Shown piece by piece: positions 51,155 to 61,761 of a DNA stretch of 64,000 bases; the first letter of the stretch is position 1, and every line of letters starts with the position of its first letter. This DNA comes from an uncultured Methanosarcinaceae archaeon (GTDB lineage Archaea > Halobacteriota > Methanosarcinia > Methanosarcinales > Methanosarcinaceae): positions 608,001 through 672,000 of the forward strand of contig CAWJYV010000010.1 of NCBI GenBank assembly GCA_963847185.1, in the 5' to 3' direction. Position numbers and translations under genes: made by a program. The notes under the pieces were generated by a model. That model did not search any database and was not told the origin of the DNA. It saw only the letters and a program-made list of their open reading frames with translations.

Positions 51155-52219
51155 TTATATGTATCCTCTTTTTGAATTACTGGCATTTCCCATGTTTCCT
51201 TCAAACCATCTGCAGTATTCTTCAGGGCATTGCTTCTCAGGACACTCATGAATATACTCAAGGATATCATTGAGTTTTGCGCTGGCCATTGATATTGAAG
51301 TATCTGCACTTCCGTAATAAATTCGGAGTTCATCATTCACTATCACCCATCCGCAGGGGAAAACAACATCATTAACATCTCCACTACGCTCATAAGGTTC
51401 GCGGGGTCCGAAAACCCATCCTTCTGATCTGTGGAGCACTTTCCTGGGATCTTCAAGATCAAGAAGAGCCAGTCCAAGTCGATAACTTTTTTTAGGGGTT
51501 GTCTGGCGTACTCCATGGTACATAACCAACCAACCGTCAGATACACGAAGTGGCTGCGGAGATAAGCCTATTTTGTATGCATCCCACCATCCCCCTTCCC
51601 GAGCATATAGAAGAACCTGATGTTCCCCCCAGGATCTCAAATCTGTGGAAAAGGAGATCCAGATGTTTGCCTTTAAAGTATGACCTGTAGGTGCAGGTCT
51701 GTGCAAAATTGCCCATTTGTTATTAAATTTTACAGGGAATATAGCAACATCTTTGTTATCAGGAGGCATGACAGGTCCTATTCGTTCAAATGCCCTGAAA
51801 TCCTCTGTAAAAGCAAGAGCCGGCAAAGGACCTGAGTCCGAAAAAGCTGTATATGCTATAGCCCACTTTCCCATTTCATCTATGTAAGTTATTCGTGGGT
51901 CTTCAACTCCGTATATCTCTTCAGGATAGTTTAGAGGATCTGGAAAAAAAGTTGGTTTACTGTCAATTTCCCAGCCATTGATTCCGTTTTTACTCCTGGC
52001 TACTGTAAAATGAGAAAAGCCCCTGTGGTCTTCAACACGCGCCAGTAATAAAATTTCATCATTAACTATGGCGGCTGCAGGGTTAAACACTGAATTAGCC
52101 TGGTAAGGCCAATCTTCAACTGTAAGTATAGGATTTTTTTTATGGCGTACAAATAGTTCCCCATGGTCTTTCCAGATCATATTATTCCCCATCCCTTTCA
52201 GATTTTTATTATTCCTCAT
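51155..52219 (-). CDS. GH130-family glycosidase/phosphorylase
   Basis: NSVFNPAA, GVEDPRIT, NKDVAIFP, YHGV, VVFPCG, YYGSADT. Confidence 0.88.
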   Translation of the reverse strand: MRNNKNLKGMGNNMIWKDHGELFVRHKKNPILTVEDWPYQANSVFNPAAAIVNDEILLLARVEDHRGFSHFTVARSKNGINGWEIDSKPTFFPDPLNYPEEIYGVEDPRITYIDEMGKWAIAYTAFSDSGPLPALAFTEDFRAFERIGPVMPPDNKDVAIFPVKFNNKWAILHRPAPTGHTLKANIWISFSTDLRSWGEHQVLLYAREGGWWDAYKIGLSPQPLRVSDGWLVMYHGVRQTTPKKSYRLGLALLDLEDPRKVLHRSEGWVFGPREPYERSGDVNDVVFPCGWVIVNDELRIYYGSADTSISMASAKLNDILEYIHECPEKQCPEEYCRWFEGNMGNASNSKRGYI

Positions 52220-52264
52220 TAAAAGCTATGCAAATAAAAACTAAAAACTGCACACAACTCCTTT

Positions 52265-54253
52265 TCAGGGCTTGATATCAAGCACGTCCTCCACATATGC
52301 CCTGAGAATTTCTGCAACACTCCAGGCCTGGGCAATGCAGCCTCCAGGGGCATGAGGATAGTCACCATTAAACACTTCAGAAATCGTGCCGAGACCTGCG
52401 GTTTCAAGATGTGTATCAAAGCCCTCAATAAGAACCCGCATAGCTTCACGACTGTCTTTTGAATAATTGTGGACTTTCCGGTAAGCTTTCACATAGGCCC
52501 CAAGGAGCCAGGGCCAGGCTGTCCCGTTGTGGTAGGCCGTATCTCTAGTTACGGCGTCTCCATGATACTGTCCCTTATATATGGGATCATCACTCGAGAG
52601 AGTTTTGAGCCCAAAGGGTGTGAGAAGATCTTTTTCAACTCTATCCACAATTGCTTTTTCTTTATCAGGAGAAAGAATAGTATAAGGGAGCGATACGGCA
52701 AAGATTTGATTGGGACGGATTGCAGGATCTTTAACCTGGTTTCCTGCTTCATCCTGATATATCAGATCAAAGAGGCAATTAGTCTCAGGGTTCCAGAAAA
52801 CATCCTCAAAATTTGAGGCAACGCTGGCTGCAAGGGTCTCATATGGCGAAATGTCTTTGCCGAGAAGAATTCCCAAATTGGAAGCAGTCTTCAGGGCATT
52901 ATACCAGAGAGCATTTATCTCACAGGCTTTACCTGCTCTTGGGGTCACTGCCATTTCCCCTATCTTGGCATCCATCCAGGTTAGTTGAGGTCCCTGTTGA
53001 ATGAGATAGTCAAAATCCATTCCGATTCCAAAATCTGTACCTTTATGATAATTGTCTATAATAGTCTCTACAGTATCCCAGATGTCCGAGAGGAAGAGAA
53101 AGTTTTTCGTATATGCAAAGTAACGGCTAACAGCATGAATAAACCAGAGAGAAGCGTCAACTGTATTGTAGATCGGCTCCCCTCCGAAAACCGGGAAAGT
53201 ATTGGGGATTAAGCCTTTCCTACAGTACCTGGCAAAATTTTTGAGAACTGATCTGGCTTCCTCGTAACGATATGGAACCAAAAACAATCCAGGCAGAGAA
53301 ATCATGGTATCCCTTCCCCAGTCAGAGTACCAGTGATATCCTGCAATCACCGTATTTTCACCTGAAGAAGGATTTTTCACTATAAATGCATCAGTTGCCC
53401 TGAGAAGCTTGAGAGCGAAGGGTTCGATGAGCCTGGAATTGAGAGAAAGTAGATTCTGCCTATTTACTTCCCTTGTATAAAGCTCCTCAACTTGCTCGAG
53501 AGTAAAAGAGGAAATATCGTCTGTTGAAGCAACGATAAATATTTGAGAAGTTCCCATTTTGAGTTTGCTTTCGAAATAACCGGGACTGAAATTATCCTCC
53601 TGGGAGTTGCAGTCCCTTTGTTTCTCAACATCGTATTCGAAGTTGTAGTGCCAAACCGGATCAGGATAGTACTGAATATTAGACGAGAGCGAGAAGGTAA
53701 AACCATTAGAACTTTCCAGTTTTACTCCTGCATGACCAGCTTTCTGAGAAAAGGAAAGATACCCTGAACGAGTAGTGAAGTGAAAGTCTCTTGAATTTAC
53801 CAAAGGGAATATTTTTAGCAAAGCTTCCTCTTTTCTGGATGTTATATCATAAAGAACACAGGTTGTATTACTGTTATGGACCATGAAGACTATTTTCTTT
53901 ATGATAAAGTCTCCAGGCTCGTAAACCCAAACAGGAAACGGGTCGTAAATAAATTCTGAAAGATACTCGAAGCCTGCAGGAGAAATAACATCCGGATATT
54001 TATGGGCTGCAAGTTTATAAATTTCTTCATTCCCTCTACTAATTGCGATTTCTTCATCAAGGGAAGAAAGCAGCAAGAATCTCCCTGGGGAGTTCTCCGG
54101 AGCTGCCACAAGCAGTCCGTGGTAAGTCCTTGTTCCAGCTCCTATAACTGTAGAGGAAGCATATCCTCCAAGCCCATTTCCGGTAATCCACTCTCTTTTA
54201 ATTCCTTCTTCATATGTTGAAAGAGAATCTCTTCCAAGCCTGACCCCACTCAT
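52265..54253 (-). CDS. Amylo-alpha-1,6-glucosidase (glycogen debranching enzyme family)
   Basis: REWITGNGLGGYAS, AGYHWYSDWGRD, LTWMDAK, YHNGTAWPW, QAWSVAE. Confidence 0.92.
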   Translation of the reverse strand: MSGVRLGRDSLSTYEEGIKREWITGNGLGGYASSTVIGAGTRTYHGLLVAAPENSPGRFLLLSSLDEEIAISRGNEEIYKLAAHKYPDVISPAGFEYLSEFIYDPFPVWVYEPGDFIIKKIVFMVHNSNTTCVLYDITSRKEEALLKIFPLVNSRDFHFTTRSGYLSFSQKAGHAGVKLESSNGFTFSLSSNIQYYPDPVWHYNFEYDVEKQRDCNSQEDNFSPGYFESKLKMGTSQIFIVASTDDISSFTLEQVEELYTREVNRQNLLSLNSRLIEPFALKLLRATDAFIVKNPSSGENTVIAGYHWYSDWGRDTMISLPGLFLVPYRYEEARSVLKNFARYCRKGLIPNTFPVFGGEPIYNTVDASLWFIHAVSRYFAYTKNFLFLSDIWDTVETIIDNYHKGTDFGIGMDFDYLIQQGPQLTWMDAKIGEMAVTPRAGKACEINALWYNALKTASNLGILLGKDISPYETLAASVASNFEDVFWNPETNCLFDLIYQDEAGNQVKDPAIRPNQIFAVSLPYTILSPDKEKAIVDRVEKDLLTPFGLKTLSSDDPIYKGQYHGDAVTRDTAYHNGTAWPWLLGAYVKAYRKVHNYSKDSREAMRVLIEGFDTHLETAGLGTISEVFNGDYPHAPGGCIAQAWSVAEILRAYVEDVLDIKP

Positions 54254-54377
54254 GTATATTTGATTAGGATTGATTTGTTAAATAGCTGTACGTTTGGAAA
54301 AAAACAATCCCTTTATGAATTGTTCTTTTTACATACTTGAATTCTCTATCGTATTCTTTTTTCCTTCTAAAAGTCGC

Positions 54378-55367
54378 TTACAGAGGGGAAGCAGGTACAG
54401 GACTGCGTCTGGCAAAGGCGGCCTTGAGATGGTCATTCGCCAGACCAATTGCGCTGCAAGTGGCAGGTGTACCCGCAAGTGCGTTTAGCATCACGAAATC
54501 GTGTATAGTTCCAAGGTATCTAACGGCTGTAACATTAACACCTGCTTGAATCAGCTTATGAGCATACGCTTCACCTTCGTCACGGAGCACATCATTTTCA
54601 TCAGTGATAATAAGAGCTGGCGGCTGTCCTTTAAGCTGATCAATTGAGGCCTGTAGCGGGGATGCTGTCGGTTGTCTGCTCGCTTCTTCGTCAGGTAAAT
54701 AGTTGTCCCAGAACCACTTCATAGCCTCACGGGTGAGCCAGATGTCGGTTGCAAACTTCTGATATGAAGGGGTATCGAAATTGGCATCAGTAACAGGATA
54801 AAAGAGTACCTGATAATCAATTTTCGGGCCTCCACGCTCCTTTGCCAGCAGCAGGACCGCTGCTGCCATATTCCCGCCTACGCTATCTCCGGCAACTGCT
54901 AACCTTGAAGAGTCCAGGTTGAGTTTTTTCCCGTTCTCTGCAATATACTTCGTCGCTGAGTATGCCTCTTCTATAGGTGTCGGGTATTTTGCCTCCGGGG
55001 ACGGCGTGAAATTCACAAACACAACTGCAGCATTAGCTCCGCTGGCAATTTCCCTGACCAATCGATCATGCGTATTTTTGTCCCCAAGCACCCAGCCGCC
55101 TCCATGGAAATACATCACGACTGGCAGGGTCTCTTTGATTCCTTTTGGCCTTGTTATTGTAATCGAAACCTGTCCATTAGGACCGGCTGGGATGTTCAGA
55201 TTTTCAATATCAACAGGCAGTTTTGCAACTTCCCCTGCCTGTAAATCGGAAAGAACTTTACGGGCATCTTTGGGTGATAGTTTGTAAATCGGAGTTCCAC
55301 CCTGCTTGTTTACTTTTTCTACAAATGCTCTGGTTGTTGGTTCCAGTGATTCGATGATTTGATTCAT
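54378..55367 (-). CDS. HSL-family alpha/beta hydrolase (esterase)
   Basis: HGGGW, GDSVGG, DVLRDEG, HDF. Confidence 0.92.
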   Translation of the reverse strand: MNQIIESLEPTTRAFVEKVNKQGGTPIYKLSPKDARKVLSDLQAGEVAKLPVDIENLNIPAGPNGQVSITITRPKGIKETLPVVMYFHGGGWVLGDKNTHDRLVREIASGANAAVVFVNFTPSPEAKYPTPIEEAYSATKYIAENGKKLNLDSSRLAVAGDSVGGNMAAAVLLLAKERGGPKIDYQVLFYPVTDANFDTPSYQKFATDIWLTREAMKWFWDNYLPDEEASRQPTASPLQASIDQLKGQPPALIITDENDVLRDEGEAYAHKLIQAGVNVTAVRYLGTIHDFVMLNALAGTPATCSAIGLANDHLKAAFARRSPVPASPL

Positions 55368-55851
55368 GAATTATCCCCCTTAGCTTGCTTTTATTCGTAA
55401 TTTGATTGATGTAATTAGTAATGCAAAAAATAATCTCAGAGTCCACCTGCAATTACAGGATTGATGTTCAAAATCACTATAGGATTCCCTATGGGAATTG
55501 CAGATATCATTTAGAGCAAATAATTTAGTTAAACATGCGCCTGGTTTTCTTTGTTAACAGGTAAAACTGGACTACTGTTGAGCAGATATATAACTGAGAA
55601 ATTTATATAATTAATAGAATAAATTTTCCTTATGAATAGTAATCTCTAAAAAGAGCAAAAATAAAAAAGTTCAGAAGAAAGAAGGGGCATGACAGAAACA
55701 ATTTTTGCCTCGAATTTCTACCTGCTGCTTTTAAAAATCTTGTAGCAGGAAAAACATAATTAGCTGCCGTAGAAAAATCATTTCAATAAGATTCTACGTT
55801 TTAAACAAAATCCGGGGAGATTTGAAGTAAATTATCAAGGGGTTAAAAAGC

Positions 55852-57000
55852 ATGACATATACCTTTCTGAATCCAAAGATAGCCCTTATGGGCGCTGGCT
55901 GTGTAAAAGAAATTGGCAAGCATGCAAAAGATCTTGGGGCTACAAAAGCCCTGATAGTTTCCGGCAAAAGCAGGCATGGAGAAGAGCTCGCACGAGATAT
56001 TTACAGGATTCTTGAAAAAGAAGGCCTGGAAGCAACAATCTTTGCAGGAGCAGATCCGAATCCGACCGATACTTCGGCTATGGAAGGAGCGGATATCTAC
56101 AGAAAAGAAGATTGCAATATAATAATTGCTGTCGGAGGCGGAAGCCCGATGGACTGTGCCAAGGCAGTTGGCATTGTGGTATATAATGGCGGATTGATCA
56201 ATGATTATGAAGGCATCGGAAAAGTTACGAAAGGAATTCCTCCTCTCATTACGATAAACACAACCGCTGGCACTGCAAGCGAAATGACAAGTTTTACAAT
56301 TATTACGGACACGAAAAGGCACATCAAAATGGCAATTGTTGACCCTCGAATTACACCTGACATAGCGGTCAACGACCCTGAACTTATGGTAAGCATGCCG
56401 CCTGCACTTACAGCTGCAACCGGAATGGACGCCCTTACACATGCAGTTGAAGCTTATGTTTCTACCATGGCTACCCCGACAACCGATGCGGCTGCTATCA
56501 AGGCAATCGAGCTTATCTCAAAATATCTGCCTGAAGCCGTTGCTCACGGAGAGGATGTAAGGACAAGAGACATGATGGCTCATGCCGAATATCTCGCAGG
56601 CATCGCATTCAATAATGCAAGTCTTGGCTACGTGCATTCCATGGCTCACCAGCTTGGAGGGTATTATAACCTTCCGCACGGTGTTTGTAACGCTATTCTT
56701 CTTCCCTATGTGGAGATGTACAATAAGCAGGTAGTCCCCGAACGTTTTGCAGACATTGCACGGGCAATGGGAGAAAAAGTTGAGGGATTGAGTCCTGAAG
56801 AAGCTGCAGATAAAGCCATAGATGCCATTAAAAAGCTTGCATCAAAAATTGGAATTCCCTCCGGTTTAAAAGAGCTTGGGGCAAGGGAAGAAGACCTGGA
56901 ACTTCTGGCTGAAAATGCCATGAAGGACGTCTGCAGGCTCACAAATCCCAGAGATCTCTCAAGAGAGGAAATTATCGAGATTTACAAGAAAGCCATGTAA
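55852..57000 (+). CDS. Iron-containing alcohol dehydrogenase
   Basis: GGGSPMD, TTAGTASE, DALTHAVE, HSMAH, PHG. Confidence 0.93.
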   Translation: MTYTFLNPKIALMGAGCVKEIGKHAKDLGATKALIVSGKSRHGEELARDIYRILEKEGLEATIFAGADPNPTDTSAMEGADIYRKEDCNIIIAVGGGSPMDCAKAVGIVVYNGGLINDYEGIGKVTKGIPPLITINTTAGTASEMTSFTIITDTKRHIKMAIVDPRITPDIAVNDPELMVSMPPALTAATGMDALTHAVEAYVSTMATPTTDAAAIKAIELISKYLPEAVAHGEDVRTRDMMAHAEYLAGIAFNNASLGYVHSMAHQLGGYYNLPHGVCNAILLPYVEMYNKQVVPERFADIARAMGEKVEGLSPEEAADKAIDAIKKLASKIGIPSGLKELGAREEDLELLAENAMKDVCRLTNPRDLSREEIIEIYKKAM

Positions 57001-57114
57001 TTTCACAGAAAAGAGATTTAATTTGAGACTTTGCAGGAAAACGATGAATCTGAAGAAACACTTTAAATTAAGAATGCAAAATTCTTTGGAAAATGGGCGA
57101 GATGTTAAGTTAAT

Positions 57115-57243
57115 GAACTCATCCCAAAACTTGAAATTTGCTTCTTATGCCTCATATTTTGAATGATCAATCAAGCTCATAATCACGAAAATAATTCTGA
57201 GAATCCCCAACGATAAGAATAAAGTGGCTTTTGGGATAGGCTC
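57115..57243. mobile_element. 129-bp MITE (GAGCCT-TCC-AAAA end family)
   Basis: Left end GAACTCATCCCAAAA; reverse complement of right end GAGCCTATCCCAAAA. Confidence 0.7.
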
Positions 57244-57545
57244 AATAACTTGGCAATTTAATCCATAGTCTGCTCCTTTGCAAAGCTTATGGACTCATAC
57301 GTGCCAAATTATAAATTGGTTTGAATAAATAGTAATACACGTTATCTGCGTGGGGGAGACTTCTGGAACAATTCCACGAGCCGCCAGTCTGGACCCTGAT
57401 GGAGCAAATTTGAGCGTTACTACGATTTCCAGAAAAAGGCTTACCATTAATTCTCTCCTATTTTTTGACAGGATAAAATAGGCGCTCTGCAAGGTAAGTT
57501 ACCTGCACTGCAATAATAAACAAACAGAAACAAACGGAGGGATTT

Positions 57546-58076
57546 TTGACGCGAAGAATCATGGGAAATTCCAAAAGCCATGGAGCAGAAAGCAAACACA
57601 TCTACAAGATGCATGAAAAACTCGTTTCTATAGGGGATGATTACTGGATAGAAAATGAGGAAGGAAAGAAAGAATTCTACGTAGATGGCAAAGTACTACG
57701 CCTGCGTGAGACCCTTATTTTCAAGGATGCGCAGGGAAACGACATGTACAAAATACAAGAAAAGTTGCTCCATATAAGGGACACAATGGACATCAAAAGA
57801 GCAGATGACGGCCTCGCCGCAACAGTCAAAAAAGCTCTTATTACCATCTTACGGGACAAATGGAAAGTTGAAATTCCAGATGGGCCTGATATGGAAATTC
57901 ATGGCAATATTCTGGACCATGAGTATAGGATTGACTCGGAAGGAGAAAGAATCGCAGAAATCTCAAAGAAATGGTTCCGAATAAGAGATACTTATGGAGT
58001 TGAGATTGAACCCGGACAGGACACTGCGCTTATCCTGGCGATTACAGCAGCGATCGATCAGATGGCTCACGACTGA
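57546..58076 (+). CDS. LURP-one / Tubby-C-like protein
   Basis: EKLVSIGDDYWIE, VDGKVLR, KKWFRIRDTYGVEI, LILAITAAID. Confidence 0.85.
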   Translation: MTRRIMGNSKSHGAESKHIYKMHEKLVSIGDDYWIENEEGKKEFYVDGKVLRLRETLIFKDAQGNDMYKIQEKLLHIRDTMDIKRADDGLAATVKKALITILRDKWKVEIPDGPDMEIHGNILDHEYRIDSEGERIAEISKKWFRIRDTYGVEIEPGQDTALILAITAAIDQMAHD

Positions 58077-58205
58077 TAAAAGAGCAAGAAGAGGGGTTGA
58101 GACTGATTTTTGTATTCATTAGCTAATTGGAAATGTGTTCTCTCTTTATGTTTTAAGACTCACTTGTCTCTCACTTCTCAATAATGTGGCTGATACATAA
58201 AGGAG

Positions 58206-59264
58206 TTGCAGATAATGAATATGAGTGGCAGTTCAATACCAGCTAAAATTTTACTCTACAGCACTCTTGCTGTTATACTTACATTGGGAATGAGAGAGAT
58301 AGCTCCTATACTCACGACCATTATTTTCTCTATATTCGTTGCACTGCTTTTTACCCCGCTTGTCCGCTGGCTGAAAAAAAAAGGGATTCCAGGTGGATTG
58401 AGTGTTATTCTGGTAATTTTGTTACTCTCTCTAATTATCCTGATTCTCGGGATAATAGTCGTCAGAGCGGCTCTCCAGTTTGGAAGCCAGATTCCGATAT
58501 ATCAGGATCAATTAACTTCTTTCATGATTAATTTTGCAAAATATATCCCTTCATACGAAGGTTTTTCCGTACAGTCAATTGTTCGCGGTACAGTATCAAT
58601 TACGATCTCTCTTATGATAAGCATTGTTAATGGAATTGTAAACGCCGGGACAACAGTCGGAATTATTGTGGTTACAGCAGCATTTTTGCTAATAGATGCC
58701 TCCAATGCTCCTGAAAAAGCAGATCATGAGCTTGGAAAGCAATCTGAACTCAGATTGAGGCTGGGTAGTTTTAGCAAGAAGCTGGTAAAATTTATTGTCA
58801 TAAGAGCAGAAGTAAATATTATCACAGCCACAGCAATCGCTCTTCTTCTCTTTATAGGAGGTATTGACTACGCTATTCTCTGGGGGGTTCTTATATTCCT
58901 GCTAAGCTATATCCCTTACATCGGTCTGGTTGTAGCTTCAATTCCTCCCATAATGCTTGCGATTTTTAAGTATGGGCCTTTAGGTGCCCTTGCAGTCATT
59001 CTAATTATCTTCGTTGTTGACGCGCTTGCAGAAAATATTCTTTTTCCGTCACTTATGGGAAAAGGTGTGCAATTATCTCCTGCTTTTTTATTTGTTGCTC
59101 TACTCTACTGGAATTTCGTGCTTGGACTTGGAGGTGTGCTGCTTTCCATACCTCTTACAATTGTTTTAAAAATTTTACTTGAAAGCTTTGAGGAAACAAG
59201 ATGGCTGGCCAGATTAATGGGTCCAGCAGATGATATTGAGAATGGGGAAATAAGCATCACATGA
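58206..59264 (+). CDS. AI-2E family permease
   Basis: TPLVRWL, LSYIPYIG, GVLLSIPLT; multi-TM. Confidence 0.88.
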   Translation: MQIMNMSGSSIPAKILLYSTLAVILTLGMREIAPILTTIIFSIFVALLFTPLVRWLKKKGIPGGLSVILVILLLSLIILILGIIVVRAALQFGSQIPIYQDQLTSFMINFAKYIPSYEGFSVQSIVRGTVSITISLMISIVNGIVNAGTTVGIIVVTAAFLLIDASNAPEKADHELGKQSELRLRLGSFSKKLVKFIVIRAEVNIITATAIALLLFIGGIDYAILWGVLIFLLSYIPYIGLVVASIPPIMLAIFKYGPLGALAVILIIFVVDALAENILFPSLMGKGVQLSPAFLFVALLYWNFVLGLGGVLLSIPLTIVLKILLESFEETRWLARLMGPADDIENGEISIT

Positions 59265-59320
59265 GATAAACTGTAAACCGACATGGAGGAGTTGTAAAAT
59301 ATGAGGAGGAGTTGTAAAAT

Positions 59321-60373
59321 ATGAAAATGAATAACAGTTCAGTACCAGCCAGGATTCTGGTATACAGTACTTTTGCTGTCATCCTGACAATAGGAATGAA
59401 GGAAATATCTTCTATACTTACAACCATCTTTTTCTCTATCTTCGTTGCCCTGATATTTACTCCGCTTGTCCGCTGGTTCAAGAGAAAAGGTATTCCCGGA
59501 GTACTGAGTGTGCTTCTGGTAATTTTGTTATTAACTCTAATTATCTCTGTTCTTGCGGTTGTAGTCGTTGGAGCCGCAGTCCAGATTGGAAACCAGCTTC
59601 CAAACTATCAAAGCCGGCTTATAGAGATTCTGGAAGAACTCTCACCACATCTTCCATCTACTGAAGAATTATCCCTGCAGTCCATTATTCGCAGCATTGC
59701 GTCAGTTGCAATCAGCCTTACGGTAAGCATCCTTAACGGACTTATAAATGCCGGGACAACAGTAGGAATAATTATAGTCACAGCGGCATTTTTGCTGCTG
59801 GGTGATGCTGGAGATCAGGAAAAAGCAGAAGAACAACCCATACTCAAATCACGGCTAAATAAGTTTGGCAAAGGTCTTGTGGAGTTTATCGTAATAAGAA
59901 CAGAAGTAAACCTTGTGACAGCTATTGGAATTACAGTAATTCTTCTCATAGGGGGTATTGATTTTGCAATTTTCTGGGGCATAATGGCATTTTTTCTCGG
60001 TTATATTCCATACATCGGCCTGGCTTTAACTGCAATCCCTCCAGCTGTTTTCGGGCTGCTCCAATATGGGATTGTAGGCTCTCTAGCTGTGATTATAGCT
60101 ATCTCGATAGTTAATGCGCTCACAGAAAACGTAATCTTTCCTTCACTCGCAGGGAGAGGCCTCAAACTATCTCCGGCTATTGTATTTCTTTCCCTTCTCT
60201 ACTGGAATTATGTGCTTGGAGCTACAGGAATGCTGCTTTCCACGCCTCTTGCTATGGTCTTAAAGATTATTCTGGAGAGCTTTGAGGAAACTAAATGGCT
60301 GGCCAGATTGATGGGGCCAGATGGAAATGGAGCAGAAGGTGAAGAAAACGAGAGGCAGGAAAAAGGAAGTTGA
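59321..60373 (+). CDS. AI-2E family permease, tandem paralog
   Basis: Collinear with the upstream gene; GYIPYIG, ENVIFP, WLARLMGP. Confidence 0.88.
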   Translation: MKMNNSSVPARILVYSTFAVILTIGMKEISSILTTIFFSIFVALIFTPLVRWFKRKGIPGVLSVLLVILLLTLIISVLAVVVVGAAVQIGNQLPNYQSRLIEILEELSPHLPSTEELSLQSIIRSIASVAISLTVSILNGLINAGTTVGIIIVTAAFLLLGDAGDQEKAEEQPILKSRLNKFGKGLVEFIVIRTEVNLVTAIGITVILLIGGIDFAIFWGIMAFFLGYIPYIGLALTAIPPAVFGLLQYGIVGSLAVIIAISIVNALTENVIFPSLAGRGLKLSPAIVFLSLLYWNYVLGATGMLLSTPLAMVLKIILESFEETKWLARLMGPDGNGAEGEENERQEKGS

Positions 60374-60693
60374 AATTCCGGAAGATGAAAAGGTACTTTG
60401 AAGCTATCGGTTTCGTAAAGAGCCAATTAAATTCGATTCTAGTCTTATGCCGATTTAATCTTAATTCTAATCTTAATTTTAATATTATATATGTTAATTC
60501 ATATATATTTTGAGTTTTATACTTGTTTTTACCAATAATGATGTGACTGCTTTTTGACTGCAGAGTTCTTTATAGGGGGAAAAAACACAGGAAGCATTGG
60601 AGGTCCCATTAATCATTCATATGACCCTTCCGCCCTTCAACAGCGCAGCAAAAACTGGAAAGCAGAAGCAGAGTCTTGACTGGGGGATAGTGA

Positions 60694-61254
60694 ATGGATG
60701 AAATAATTTTTGGGCCGATGCAGCTCTTAGTTATTGTATTCGATAATCCGAATTTTCACGGCCAGATTCGGCGTGAACTTGAGTCAGTAATGAATAAAGG
60801 AATGATCAGGCTTATTGACCTGCTGTTTGTGTGGAAAGACGAAGATGGGAACATCAAGTCCCTTGAAACTACACAGCTGAACGAAGAGGAGAGAATGCGT
60901 TTCGGTGCTGTTATAGGGGGACTTATTGGGTATGGAGCCGGCGGTGAAGAAGGAGTTAGAGGAGGCACTGAGGCTGGAATCCTGGCAGCGGCTCAGGAGA
61001 ATTACGGAATCACTGAAGAGGATATTCTTGAGATAACCGAAGCCATCCCAGACGGTACCGCCGCTGCTATCCTTATTATCGAACATCTCTGGGCAAAAAG
61101 TCTGAAACAGGCAATCCGGGATGCAGGAGGAATACTGATCTCGCAGGGAATGCTCACACCTGAACTGCTCATGGCAGTAGGGGAAGAACTGGCAGAGGCT
61201 GTTAATTTTGCAGAGAAGAAGAAAAAGGGATCTCAGGCAGCGACTCCCTTCTGA
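60694..61254 (+). CDS. DUF1269/DUF6325-like protein
   Basis: GPMQLLVIVF, IRLIDLLFVWKD..G, Gly-rich segment, AAILIIEHLWA. Confidence 0.7.
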   Translation: MDEIIFGPMQLLVIVFDNPNFHGQIRRELESVMNKGMIRLIDLLFVWKDEDGNIKSLETTQLNEEERMRFGAVIGGLIGYGAGGEEGVRGGTEAGILAAAQENYGITEEDILEITEAIPDGTAAAILIIEHLWAKSLKQAIRDAGGILISQGMLTPELLMAVGEELAEAVNFAEKKKKGSQAATPF

Positions 61255-61761
61255 AGTATGCCTGCTTAAACTGCCACTATATTCAATGTCGTAATTGAAA
61301 ATAGAGAAGTAAAGCATTTATTCTCTATTGGCGGCCGAAGATTCAAAAGCTGTCGCGGAAGGAAGAAAGCCGGCCAAGAAGGGAGGAATTAAAAACGAGA
61401 ACTCAAATAGTTCAGGCATGGCCTGAATCTTTTGTATTTATTGAATATATAAACTGAGGGATTAGGGGGGAAAAATCCAGATTTTTTCAACCGACCCCGA
61501 ATCCGGTTTAAATGAGCTACATAATTCTCAAAAATTTGCAATGTGTGTTTACAAAAAGTAATTGCATTGAGTCGCTTATGGGAATTTCTGTGCCTCTACA
61601 AAGCCGACTCTAATCCTGATATCTTTACCTGTAATTTTTGAAAATTAGCTATTTTAACACTCAGTTTCAGAATCCGGACATACCCTTAAGTTATATATAA
61701 ATCGCTAATTTACTCAAGTCGCTAGTTGACTCAGTGAAAAAACTCCGATGGAAGGTAAAGC

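Noticed and set aside
57345-57450. Possible structured RNA or riboswitch upstream of LURP-one (ttctggaa...ttccagaa)
   Set aside because: Only one short stem is evident and no known consensus was recognised; a covariance search would be needed.
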